Of a DNA stretch of 64,000 nucleotides, positions 41,414 through 51,100 are shown in pieces. Each line of letters opens with the position of its first letter. Within the stretch, counting starts at the first letter, position 1. This DNA is from Chthoniobacterales bacterium. Its GTDB lineage: Bacteria > Verrucomicrobiota > Verrucomicrobiia > Chthoniobacterales > Chthoniobacteraceae. The notes under the pieces were generated by a model. It saw nothing but the letters and a program-made list of their open reading frames with translations. It was not told where the DNA came from and searched no databases. A program made the translations under genes and the position numbers. Location: NCBI GenBank assembly GCA_038207335.1, contig JBBQZX010000023.1, forward strand, positions 1 to 64,000, read 5' to 3'.

Positions 41414-42289
41414 ATGCCCAACCCTTGGACCGGAAAAGGAAACCCCTACACTCGCCAGGAAGTCCGCGATCGGCTCGATGCCTCGCTCAGCCGCGGGGAG
41501 CCGATCATCGCCGCGGGAGCTGGCACGGGAATCAGCGCGAAGTTCATCGAGAAGGGCGGCGCGGACCTGATCATCATTTATAATAGCGGGCGTTTCCGCA
41601 TGGCGGGGCACGGCTCGACCGCGGGACTGATGGCGTACGGCGACGCGAATCAAGTAGCGATGGACATCGGTGAATACGAGGTGCTGCCAATCGTGGAGGA
41701 GGTGCCGGTGATCTGCGGCGTGCATGCGACGGACCCGCGGCGACGGATGTGGCACTGGCTTGGGCGGGTGAAAGAGATGGGCTTCTCCGGCGTAAATAAT
41801 TTTCCGACGCACACGATCATCGATGGGCATTTCCGCGGGGTGCTGGAAGAGACGGGGATGAGCGTGAAAAAAGAGTTCGAGATGGTGTCGCTTGCGCACC
41901 GGATGGACCTTTTCACTATCGTTTACGTCGCGACGCCGGAAGAGGCGACCGCGATGGCGGAGGCGGGGGCAGATGCGATCATCGCGCACGTCGGGACGAC
42001 GGTCGGCGGCTCAATCGGCGTAACCGGCGCGGTGGTGACGATGGACCACGCGGTGAAGCGGACGAATGAGATCATAGCGGCGGCCAACACGGTGCGAAAC
42101 GACATCTACTTCCTCTCGCACGGCGGCCCGATTGCGACGCCGGACGACGCGGCTTTTGTAAATCAGAATACGGGGTGTGTGGGGTTTGTGGGGGCGTCGA
42201 GTTTGGAGCGACTTGGGGTCGAGCAGCCGCTGGTGGATTTGACGCGGAAGTTCAAAAAAATCCCGGTGCCGGCGGCAAAGAAGGAGTAG
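41414..42289 (+). CDS. Phosphoenolpyruvate-hydrolase-like TIM-barrel protein
   Basis: GAGTGISAK, IYNSGRFRMAG.GS.AGLM.YGDAN, NFPT, HGGPI, GASSLERL. Confidence 0.85.
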   Translation: MPNPWTGKGNPYTRQEVRDRLDASLSRGEPIIAAGAGTGISAKFIEKGGADLIIIYNSGRFRMAGHGSTAGLMAYGDANQVAMDIGEYEVLPIVEEVPVICGVHATDPRRRMWHWLGRVKEMGFSGVNNFPTHTIIDGHFRGVLEETGMSVKKEFEMVSLAHRMDLFTIVYVATPEEATAMAEAGADAIIAHVGTTVGGSIGVTGAVVTMDHAVKRTNEIIAAANTVRNDIYFLSHGGPIATPDDAAFVNQNTGCVGFVGASSLERLGVEQPLVDLTRKFKKIPVPAAKKE

Positions 42290-42345
42290 CGCGGGCTCCC
42301 ATCTTGCGCTGCACGTTTCGTCCGGGAGTCCGGGGAGCGCGCTAC
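42286..42345. repeat. GTAG-type REP-like palindrome
   Basis: GTAGCGCGggctccc...ggggagCGCGCTAC between convergent genes. Confidence 0.55.
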
Positions 42346-42349
42346 ACGC

Positions 42350-43228
42350 CTACGACTTCGCAGCGGGAACGGGCGCAGTGGCCGCAGGCGCGGCGACCGG
42401 ATTCTCCACCGCCGGTGCCTCGGCAAAGTGGTGCTCCAAAATCCCCTCGGGCGTCGCTTCGCAGACGAACCAACCCTTCAGCGGCGAACCGTCGTGATTC
42501 ATGCGGAAGCGCGAGCAGCAGCGATCGGTGAGGATCACCGCGTCGTTCACATCGCGCTCGCTCGCACCGTGCCAGTGGCCGCTGAAGACGCCGCGCAAAT
42601 TCACATCGAGCAGTTTTCCGAGCAACTCCGCGCCGTTTTTTGGCCGCATCTTCACGCCCTCGCCGAGCGGGAAATGCGTGAAAACGACGGTCGGCATTTT
42701 CGGATCGAGCTTCGCTTCATCGAGAAAGTCGAACGTGCTCGCGGCGATCATCGTGTCGCTGGCTTTCGTGCCGTCCGTCGTGTCGAGTCCGATGAATTGC
42801 CAGCCCTCGTGCGTGAAATGCCGATTCAAATGATCGGGAAAAATTGCGTCGTAGCCCGAGCGATCGGTCTGCGAAAGATAGTCATGATTTCCCGGCACGA
42901 CATGGACTGGCATGTCGAGTCCGCTGAGGATCTCGCGAATCGCCGTGAGCGCCTCCGGTGTGCCCCGATCGCTGAGATCACCTGAGACCAGGCAAAATGC
43001 GGCATTCGGCGCGCTCCGCTTCATTTCGAGCACGACCTTTTCAAAAAACGGGCGGCACTCCGCGTCGAGAAAATGCAGGTCGTTCACCGCGATGAATGAA
43101 AACGGCTTGTGCTCCTTTTGCTCCGCCTCGTCGCCGAGCTTGCCGCCTTTGAAGCCGAGCCCGAGAGCGATGGCAGGCAGGAGGATGCGGAGTTGCTGAC
43201 GGCGGGTGTAGTGGCGGGGGTCATTCAT
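42350..43228 (-). CDS. Calcineurin-like metallophosphoesterase with Tat-like signal
   Basis: TRRQQL; NDLH, GDLSD, PGNHD, HFP, GHWH. Confidence 0.88.
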   Translation of the reverse strand: MNDPRHYTRRQQLRILLPAIALGLGFKGGKLGDEAEQKEHKPFSFIAVNDLHFLDAECRPFFEKVVLEMKRSAPNAAFCLVSGDLSDRGTPEALTAIREILSGLDMPVHVVPGNHDYLSQTDRSGYDAIFPDHLNRHFTHEGWQFIGLDTTDGTKASDTMIAASTFDFLDEAKLDPKMPTVVFTHFPLGEGVKMRPKNGAELLGKLLDVNLRGVFSGHWHGASERDVNDAVILTDRCCSRFRMNHDGSPLKGWFVCEATPEGILEHHFAEAPAVENPVAAPAATAPVPAAKS

Positions 43229-43312
43229 GGCGGAGAGAAAGGGGTGCCGAGCGAGCGGGAATGCAAGCGGCAAATCACCTCTTCATGTTGGCAGCCGCTC
43301 CGGCTTCAAACA

Positions 43313-43609
43313 ATGTGGCTGTACTTCATTCAGCACGTTCTCATCATCCACGAGGTCGCCGACTATCTGGCGTGGAAAAAAGTTTTCGCCGCGGCTTCCG
43401 ACATCCGGCGCGAAGCCGGTGAGCGGACTTATCAAATGCTCAAAGACCACGACGACCCGAACCACATTGTTCACTTCTCGGCGTGGACTTCAGTCGCGGA
43501 CGCGCGGGCATTTTTCGAGTCTCCGAGACTGGTGAAAATCCGCTCAGACGCCGGTGTCCGATCGCCCGAGTTTATCTACCTTGACCAGCTCGAAGCCGGG
43601 ACGCTCTGA
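43313..43609 (+). CDS. ABM/dimeric alpha-beta barrel protein
   Basis: HEVADYLAWKKVF...R..AGE..YQ...DPN.IV...W.S...ARAFFESP. Confidence 0.7.
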   Translation: MWLYFIQHVLIIHEVADYLAWKKVFAAASDIRREAGERTYQMLKDHDDPNHIVHFSAWTSVADARAFFESPRLVKIRSDAGVRSPEFIYLDQLEAGTL

Positions 43610-43662
43610 AGAAAAAAGCCTCCAGCTCGGCGGACTCTTGTCCGCCAAGTGGAGGCTAATTT
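43609..43662. terminator. Terminator hairpin between convergent genes
   Basis: aaaaaAGCCTCCA..GGCGGAC-tctt-GTCCGCC..TGGAGGCTaattt. Confidence 0.7.
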
Positions 43663-43679
43663 GCTAGGTGATGCTGCGG

Positions 43680-43919
43680 CTACTCAGTCGTAGTCTTTGT
43701 GCTTTTTTCCGTCGTGCTTCCGGCAGGAGTCGTGGTCGTCGAGGTGTTGGTCTCGGTCTTTTTGTCGGCGGGTGCTGCGGGCGTCACGATGGTCGTGTTC
43801 GTCTCCTTCGTGGGAGCCGGGTTGACGATCGTGGTGTCGCCGCCGGTTGGCGGGGCGGTGTGCTGCTCGCAGGCGACGCAGAGTGCCGCGGCTGCGACGG
43901 CGATGATGAGTTTTTTCAT
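43680..43919 (-). CDS. Small Thr/Pro-rich lipoprotein
   Basis: MKKLIIAVAAAALCVAC lipobox-like; repeated TTIV.PA and KKTET motifs. Confidence 0.8.
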   Translation of the reverse strand: MKKLIIAVAAAALCVACEQHTAPPTGGDTTIVNPAPTKETNTTIVTPAAPADKKTETNTSTTTTPAGSTTEKSTKTTTE

Positions 43920-44021
43920 TGGTGGTATTTGGGTTCCCAAGCGGTTCATTCCGTCAGGGTGTTGAAATGTGTATCGCAACTCGCGCTCAACGTGAGCGTG
44001 CTTTGGCGGGTTTGCCTCCGC

Positions 44022-45119
44022 TCACCGCGACCCGAGGATGCGGCGAGATTCGCTGAGCACGACGCCCTTGAAAGCCATCTGCAGGCCCTCGGGATTCGCC
44101 GCGTGCGCGATCGCTTCCTCACGCGTGATGAGATTCTCGAGCACCATGTTTTGCAACGCGCCGTCGAATGTCTGCATCCCGTCGCCGGCGCCGAGGTCCA
44201 TCGCGCCGGGGAGTTTATCCATGCGGTCGTTCGCGATCAGGTTCGCGACGGCGGTGTTGTTCAGCAGGATTTCCAGCGCGGGTAAAATCCCGCCTTTCGT
44301 GCTGCGGACAAGCCGCTGGCAGACGACCGCGTGCAGCGTGTCGGCGAAAAGTTTCCGCGCGTAATCGCGCTCGTCCGCCGGGAAAAACTCGAGGATGCGC
44401 TGGACCGATTTCGTCGCGTCCGACGTATGCAGCGTCGTGATGACGAGGTGCCCGATATTCGCCGCGCTCATCGCCGCCGCCGCGCTCTCGGCATCGCGCA
44501 TCTCGCCGATCACGAGCACGTCGGGATCCTGCCGCAGCACATGCCGCAGGCCGGTCGCAAAGGTCGCCGTGTCGAGTCCCACCTCGCGCTGCTCGATCAC
44601 GGATTCCTTGTCGCGCAGCAGGAACTCGATCGGGTCCTCCAGCGTGATGATGTGCTTGCGCGAAGTCGTGTTGATGTGGTCCAGCATCGCCGCCAGGGTC
44701 GTCGATTTCCCCGAGCCGATCGCCCCCGCGATGATGATGATCCCGCGCGCCGCCTCCGAGATTCGCGCCGTCGTCTCCGGCAGATTCAGCTCGGAAAAAG
44801 TGCGCACCTCCGTCTTCACGATCCGCAGCGCGAGCGTGTAGTCGCCGCGCTGCTGGAAGACATTCACGCGGAAGCGCCCTACCGTCGGCACCGCCAGCGC
44901 GAAATCCGCCTCGTGCTCGCTCGTCAGCCGCTGGCGCAGGCGCGGCGGCACGATCTCAGCAAGCAGCGCCTCCATCCACTCGGCATCCGGCTTGTCGCCA
45001 TCGGCGGGCACGAGCTGCCGGTTGATGCGGAAGATGATCGCCCCGTGCGGCTTGATGTGGATGTCCGATGCGCCGGCCTCGATGCCGCCGCGGAGGATGC
45101 TGAGGAAAGTGGCGTCCAT
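44022..45119 (-). CDS. PilT/PilU-family ATPase (third paralog)
   Basis: SDIHI, GAIGSGKST, EDPIE, LRQDPDVLVIGEMRD, GHLVITTLH. Confidence 0.9.
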   Translation of the reverse strand: MDATFLSILRGGIEAGASDIHIKPHGAIIFRINRQLVPADGDKPDAEWMEALLAEIVPPRLRQRLTSEHEADFALAVPTVGRFRVNVFQQRGDYTLALRIVKTEVRTFSELNLPETTARISEAARGIIIIAGAIGSGKSTTLAAMLDHINTTSRKHIITLEDPIEFLLRDKESVIEQREVGLDTATFATGLRHVLRQDPDVLVIGEMRDAESAAAAMSAANIGHLVITTLHTSDATKSVQRILEFFPADERDYARKLFADTLHAVVCQRLVRSTKGGILPALEILLNNTAVANLIANDRMDKLPGAMDLGAGDGMQTFDGALQNMVLENLITREEAIAHAANPEGLQMAFKGVVLSESRRILGSR

Positions 45120-45134
45120 GGGTGTGAGGGAAAT

Positions 45135-45752
45135 CTACCGCGCCGCCGCGAGCAAGTCATCGAGCCGATCCGCGCAAATCTGCGACCACGACTCCAGCGC
45201 ATCGCGCCGGACGGCGAGTTGCGGGCGATCGAGAAATTGCAGCTCCGTGATCATCGCCTCGCCTTTCTGCACATCGTCACTTTCGAGCTGGAAAATGTGG
45301 ACGATTCCGAGATGCACGCGCCCGACGTCGTTGCTGTCGTCGTTCAAAAGCGCGACCGCGTGATTCGTGTATTTCGCCCCGAGCCGCAGCTCCTCCCCGA
45401 CCTCACGCTGCACCCCCGCATCGTAAGCCGCGCGATCCAGCGCAAACAGCCCCTCGTCGTCGTCATTCATGTGGCCGCCGATGCCGATCGAGCCCTTTGC
45501 CACCAGCCGCTGCTCGCCCGCCTTTTTCCCGCGGACGTAATGCAGCACGCGTCCCTCATGCACCAGCAGCACATACGGGATGATCTGCTTCAGCAAAGGG
45601 TCCTGCTCCGCCGGCGCGCGCGGCGTGAAAAAGTTATTCCCCCGGTCCAGCAGCGCCGGCAACCACCGCCCCACCTCAAAACTCAGCCCCTGAAACGCCC
45701 CCAACTCCTCAAAAAGCCCCCGCCGCACGACCAGGATCATTTCATCTTTCAT
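45135..45752 (-). CDS. Predicted NUDIX-family phosphoesterase
   Basis: AEQDP..KQIIPY, GE.RL..K.SIGIGGHMN, REVGEEL, VG.VHLG. Confidence 0.8.
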   Translation of the reverse strand: MKDEMILVVRRGLFEELGAFQGLSFEVGRWLPALLDRGNNFFTPRAPAEQDPLLKQIIPYVLLVHEGRVLHYVRGKKAGEQRLVAKGSIGIGGHMNDDDEGLFALDRAAYDAGVQREVGEELRLGAKYTNHAVALLNDDSNDVGRVHLGIVHIFQLESDDVQKGEAMITELQFLDRPQLAVRRDALESWSQICADRLDDLLAAAR

Positions 45753-46032
45753 AAGGTCCGCATCTTCGCGCGCCCCAGCACCCGATGTCGAGCCGCGGCG
45801 GCGAATGCGGATTTGCAAGGCCGCGATCTTCGCCGCCCGGACCGACGGGCCAAAAATGGCAGCCCGACGGGCCCAACCCCGCCGGGGGCTCACACCCTTT
45901 CGCCCGCCCACCCGGAGCAGGCGCTCGCGCCCCGCGCCAATCCGAGGATCGAGGACGAAACGCCGCTGGCATTGCAGCAACCCGGCATCGAAGCGACCGC
46001 CAAAGTGCACGGCAGGCTCCAAGCCGAGGCTC

Positions 46033-46171
46033 GTGCGGGACGACAAGCCTGCCCGTGCAGGACAAGGACGCTGCCGGTGCAGGACAAGGAGGCTTCTTGT
46101 CCGGGACAAGGAGACTGCTTGTTAGCGCGGGAACTGTCGGAGGGGGTCCTGCGTTAACAAGGAGGCTCGTT
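46033..46171. repeat. Degenerate 22-bp tandem repeat (core GGACAAGGAG)
   Basis: Units start at 46033, 46055, 46077, 46099; out-of-phase fifth copy at 46150. Confidence 0.75.
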
Positions 46172-46447
46172 GTCCATGCAGATACCCCGCCGCGGGCAAG
46201 GTCCACTCCTGCTCCACCCCGAGCACGACTTGAAACAGGCCGGCCTCTACCCGCCGCTGCACACGCTCTGCGCTCTCACCTCCTTCAGCCTTCCGGCGAA
46301 GGTGAGCATCCCACTGTGATCGCCGGGACCGGGGAAGCTCCCGCCGAAACCGCGCTGCGCACCGGCCACCGCTCCCTCGTTGTTTCCCCGTTCCCAAGCT
46401 CAGCTCGGGACGAGCGGCAAAAGACCGACGAGCCTGCGACTCTTCCG

Positions 46448-47896
46448 CTATTTCGGGCCGGTGGCGATGAATCCGAACTGCCCGTCGGTCAGGGTGCCGT
46501 TGGTGGCAAAGGTGCTGACCTGGATTGTCGCGTTGGTGTAGTCGGAGATGATGGCGATCATGGGCACGCTCGTGCCGATCGCGGTGACCGTGGCGACGGC
46601 GTCGCCAGAGAACGGGGTATCGAAGGTGATGGTGTAAACGCCGGTCGGTTTGCCCGCGCTTCGCGCCACGGTGAAGCCGGTGCCGGCGTCGCGGCTCGGG
46701 TTGGCGAGGGTGCCGCCGACCGCGCCGCGGATGATCGCGAGGTTTTCTTTTCCAGCCGTGGCGAAGAACTGGCCGGTCGAGCCGAGCTTCACGTCGCCGC
46801 GGACGTCGAGCTTGGCGGCGGGGATGCTGGCGGTGCTGGCGCCGATGCCGACGTTGCCATCCTTGGTGATGAACAGGCGCGCGACTCCTGCTGTGCGATC
46901 GATGATCTGGAAGGAGCCGTCGCCGAGGGCGACGCCGCCGTTGCTGCTCTGGAAGCTGTAGGTCCGCCCGTTGGTGCTGGTGCTCTGAAGGGCGAGCTGG
47001 GTGTCGCCGCCGCCGGCAACGGTGAGCTTGAAGCCGGGCGCGCTGGTGCCGATGCCGACATTGCCATTGGCGAGGACGGTGAGGCGCTCTGCGTTCCCGT
47101 TGGTGATGTCGTAGATGCTCCAGCGATTGGTATTGCCGAAGATGCCGCTGAAGTATTTCTGAGCGGAATTGTCGAAGAGCACTCCCGATCCGCCACTCCC
47201 CTTTTGCGTGAGGCCCAAGATTGCGTCGTCTCCGTCTCCCACCACTTCCAAGAGAACGGCGGGCGTGGGGGTGCCGATGCCGACGGGCCCGGTGAAGCTG
47301 GCCGTGGTGCCAGAGACGGTGCCGCCACTGGGGCTCACATCGACCTCGATGTAGGCCGGGTGGCCGCTGCCGGGGCCTTCCTTGCTGGCGATGGTCGCGG
47401 TGCCGCCGCTGCTGCCAAAGATCCCGATGCCATGCTCAGTGGTCGGGTCGGTCAGCCACGCTTTTACCTGCGTGGTGATGTCGGCGACGAAGTAGTCCTT
47501 CTTGAGAGGAGTCTGGGCCAGGTCGATCGCCGCGAGTAACGGAAAACCCTCCGGCGCGGGCTGCGGACCGGGGCCCGCAAACGTCTCGGTGAAGCTGCTG
47601 CCGAGGTTGAAGATCGAAAGCGTGCCGGTCTTGCTCGCCTTCGGCAGGAAGAGGACCAGCCGGGCCGCGGTCACCGTCGCCGGATCGATGCCCGACGAGC
47701 TGACCGCGAAGCTGATGTAGGCGGTGCTTTTCGAGGAGATGGCCAGCGTCGTGGCCTTGCCGGACGCCGCCGAAATGTTGTGGGAGACCATCGACCCAGA
47801 CGCGTCTTCAAAGATAGGGAAGGTCTCCGCCGAAGCAGAGGACAACAGGGACGCCAGCGCGAAGCCGGCAGCGAGGAAGAAACGAGGTGATTTCAT
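46448..47896 (-). CDS. Secreted protein with DNRLRE-like N-domain and three G.VGIG fibre-like repeats
   Basis: Signal peptide; DITTQVKAWL...GIGI...IASKE; GPVGIGTPTP, GNVGIGTSAP, GNVGIGASTA. Confidence 0.65.
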   Translation of the reverse strand: MKSPRFFLAAGFALASLLSSASAETFPIFEDASGSMVSHNISAASGKATTLAISSKSTAYISFAVSSSGIDPATVTAARLVLFLPKASKTGTLSIFNLGSSFTETFAGPGPQPAPEGFPLLAAIDLAQTPLKKDYFVADITTQVKAWLTDPTTEHGIGIFGSSGGTATIASKEGPGSGHPAYIEVDVSPSGGTVSGTTASFTGPVGIGTPTPAVLLEVVGDGDDAILGLTQKGSGGSGVLFDNSAQKYFSGIFGNTNRWSIYDITNGNAERLTVLANGNVGIGTSAPGFKLTVAGGGDTQLALQSTSTNGRTYSFQSSNGGVALGDGSFQIIDRTAGVARLFITKDGNVGIGASTASIPAAKLDVRGDVKLGSTGQFFATAGKENLAIIRGAVGGTLANPSRDAGTGFTVARSAGKPTGVYTITFDTPFSGDAVATVTAIGTSVPMIAIISDYTNATIQVSTFATNGTLTDGQFGFIATGPK

Positions 47897-48175
47897 GGGT
47901 ATGGGTGTGGGTATGAAAACCGAGCAACTGACCGCAGGCATGACCGTCGACAGGTGTGCTAACGAAGTTCCTGCCCGAACGGAAGCTTTGTTTCGCGGAG
48001 TCTTCTCATTCAGCGTCAGGTCGCCCAGGATTCGGCAGCCAACACTCCGCTAATGGCTCAGTTTGCTCCGAAGTGTAAGGCGGGCGCCCCGTCCGCCCAA
48101 GTCAACGGAAGCGACGCAAGCTGCTGGGACGTGGGAACGCGGCCGCGACTGCGGCGGCGCGTGATTTTCGATGCC

Positions 48176-51100
48176 TCAGCTCTGACGGCGGCGGCGGAGG
48201 CCGAGCAGGACGCCGGCGCCGGCGAGGAGGGTGGCGAGGGAGGCGGGCTCGGGGATGGCGGTGAGGACGACGTCGTTGCCGGTGCCGCCGCTGTAGGAGA
48301 TGGTGAACTGCTGGCCGCCGGTGGCGACGAAGTATCCGTTTTGCTCGAGCCGGTTGCCGTTGTAAACGAGGCGGTTGGCGCCGAGGACGATGGCGTCGGC
48401 GGCGTCGTTGTTGAGGATCGTGAAGGTGCTGTTATTCGCCGGGGTGAAGCCGAGGCTGAGGGTGAAGGCGGTGTCGGCGGTCAGGGTGACGGTGCCGATA
48501 GTGTTGATCTGGTCGTGTTCAGTGCCTGCGGTGAGGCCGTTTAGCTCGAGTGACAGGGTGCCGCCGCCGAGGCTCAGCGCGCCGGTGTTGAGGATGCCGG
48601 GGCTGTTGCCAGGCGCGATGGTGCCACCGGCGAGGGTGAGCGCGGCAGTGGTGCCGCTGCCCATGACGGTTGCACCGGCATTTACCGTGAGGCTGCCGGT
48701 GATGGAGCCGTTGACGATCGCGGTGGCGGTGCCGCTGAGGGCGGTGCTGGTGGCGGCGAGGGTGCGGCTGGCGGCAATGTTGATGTCGCCATCGGTGACG
48801 GCGTATGCGCCGGAGATGGTTGCGTTGTTCGCCGCTACATCGAGGAGGCTGGTCTCGCCGGTCTGGGTGAGGGCGCGATTCAGGGTGCCGAGGTTGCGCA
48901 GGGTGCCGCCTGAGAAGTTGACGTTGTTGATGCTAGTCAGGTTCTTGCCCTGCATGTTCAGGACGCCGGCTGCGAGATTGAGTGTACTGGTGGAATTGGT
49001 GACCGTGCTGTTGCCGGCGATCTGGTTATTCACGGTCAGCGAGCCACCGTTGATATTGAGCGTAGCGCTGGCGGATTGCGTGCCGCCAGGCGTCCCGTTG
49101 ACGGTGCGAGGGGCGAGGTTGATGGCGTTGTTCGTGCCCGCAGAGGTGACGGTGACGTTGCCGCCGCCGATGGTGAAGGTGCCGGTCGCGGCGTTGGTGC
49201 CGCCGGTGATGGTGAGGGCGGTGTTGTTGAAGTAGCCGACTACAATCGCGGAGGAGGCGGCAACGGTGGAGGTGAAGGACACATTGCCGCCGCCGATGAT
49301 GAGGGTGCCGGTGGCTGTCTCGGTCGTGGGTTGCGTCCCGACGCTGTAGTCGAGCCCGCCGATGCGGGCAGCGAAGCCCGCGCTGACGTTGACATCGAGA
49401 TTCGTCGTGGCGCTGGTGCCGAGGTTCAGGACGCCGGTGACTTTTCCCGCCCCGCCGCCGGAGCGGTAGCCGATATTGATCGCACCGACGCCGCCGGTGA
49501 CCGTGCCGCCGGTCAGGTCAAATGTACTGCTCGGCGTGGTGCCGGTATCGACCGTGTTCACTCCGACACTAAGCGCGGCGCGCCCGGCGGCGGTGCTGAA
49601 ATTCAAGCTGCCGCCAGCACCGATGTTCGCAAGGGCGCTGGTTTTCACGCCGCCGACGGTGAAGGCCGGCGTGGCGATCGTGGTGCTGCCGCCGCCGAAG
49701 TTCACGGTGGCGGTGGCGTTAGCGCCCTCATTCGGGCTGTTGCCGACGAGGAACGCGTTGGTCGCAGTGATGAAGTTCACCGCCGTCGAGGAATTGGGCA
49801 GGCGGAGGAGGCCGGTCATTGCGCCATTCGACGCCGTGCCGAAGTCGTTTTCGATGCGGAGGTTGCCGACATTCGCCGTGAAGCCCGCTGAAGCGGCGAG
49901 GTCGAGCGTGCCATTGGTGGTCGTATTCACGGCGTTGTTGCGGCTGCCGATATTGATGCTGCTTGCAGCGCCGCTGCCGATGGAAAGCGTGGCTCCCGCG
50001 GTCCCGATGACGCTGCCGGTGCCGCCGTTCAAGCCGACATTCAGGTCGCCGCCGATCGTGGCTGCTCCATCGATGCGAAGCGTGGTGCCGGCACCGACTG
50101 TGGCGCTTCCGCCGACGCCGGTCGTCCCGCCGAGGGCAAGAGTGCCTGCCGTGGTGGCGATGTCGCCAGAAATGTTATTGGTGCCTGTGATGGCGAAGGT
50201 GCCCGCTCCCAGCTTCGTGAGTGGTCCGGCGCTCGTGATGTTTCCATTCCAAGTGAGGACTGCGCCGCTCGTGGTGACATCGACGCTCGTCCCCGCGGAG
50301 CCTGCGGTAAGTGCGTGATCGGTGGCTGCGCTGACTCCTGTGTATTGGAGCGGGGCGAGATTCGACCCGGTGCTGAGCCGCAGGGTGGAAGATATTCCGA
50401 GCGCACTCGGCGTTCCAAGGTTGCCAACGTTCCCCAAGACGAGAGCGCCTTGATCGACGCGAATGTCACCGCTGAAGGTGTTCACTCCGCTGAGCGTGAG
50501 GGCTCCGGTGCCGGTCTTCAGGAGACTGACGACGCCCCCGCCGTTGTCGATGATGGGTGCAGCGATATTCAGCGCGGCGTTGTTCGTGAGGATGAACTCC
50601 GCAGCCGTGCCGGTGCCCGCTGTGAGCCCACCGCTGCCGGTGATGACGGCGGCATTCGTGCCGACAATAATGCCCGCGCTTTCGATTTTCAGGGTGTTGC
50701 CCGCCACATCGACCGTGCGCGAGTCCAATGTGTTCGCAAAGCTGAGCGAATTAATGACGCGCGACGCCGTAAGGGTCGCGGTTGCGGTACCCGTGAGGCA
50801 GATGTTCTGGCCGGTCGCCCATGTGGATTCATCGGTATCGACGAGGCAATCGACAGCCGCGACACCGAGACCAAAGCCCCCGTCGAGACTGGTGGAGTAT
50901 TTCGCAAACGAGCCGCCGACCGTGGCCCATGCGCCCATGAACGGCGTGCTCGTCTGATTTCCGAGGATGATGCGTGAGCTGTTGCCCGGTTGTCCGAGAT
51001 TGGTGCCACCAAAGGAAACCGTAGCGCCGGACGTACGCACAAGCGAGGCGATGGTGAGTGCAGAGATGACACCCGGCGCGGTCTGCGTGGCGTTAATCGC

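Noticed and set aside
46033..46171. CRISPR array
   Set aside because: Units are contiguous and degenerate with no unique spacers; no cas genes
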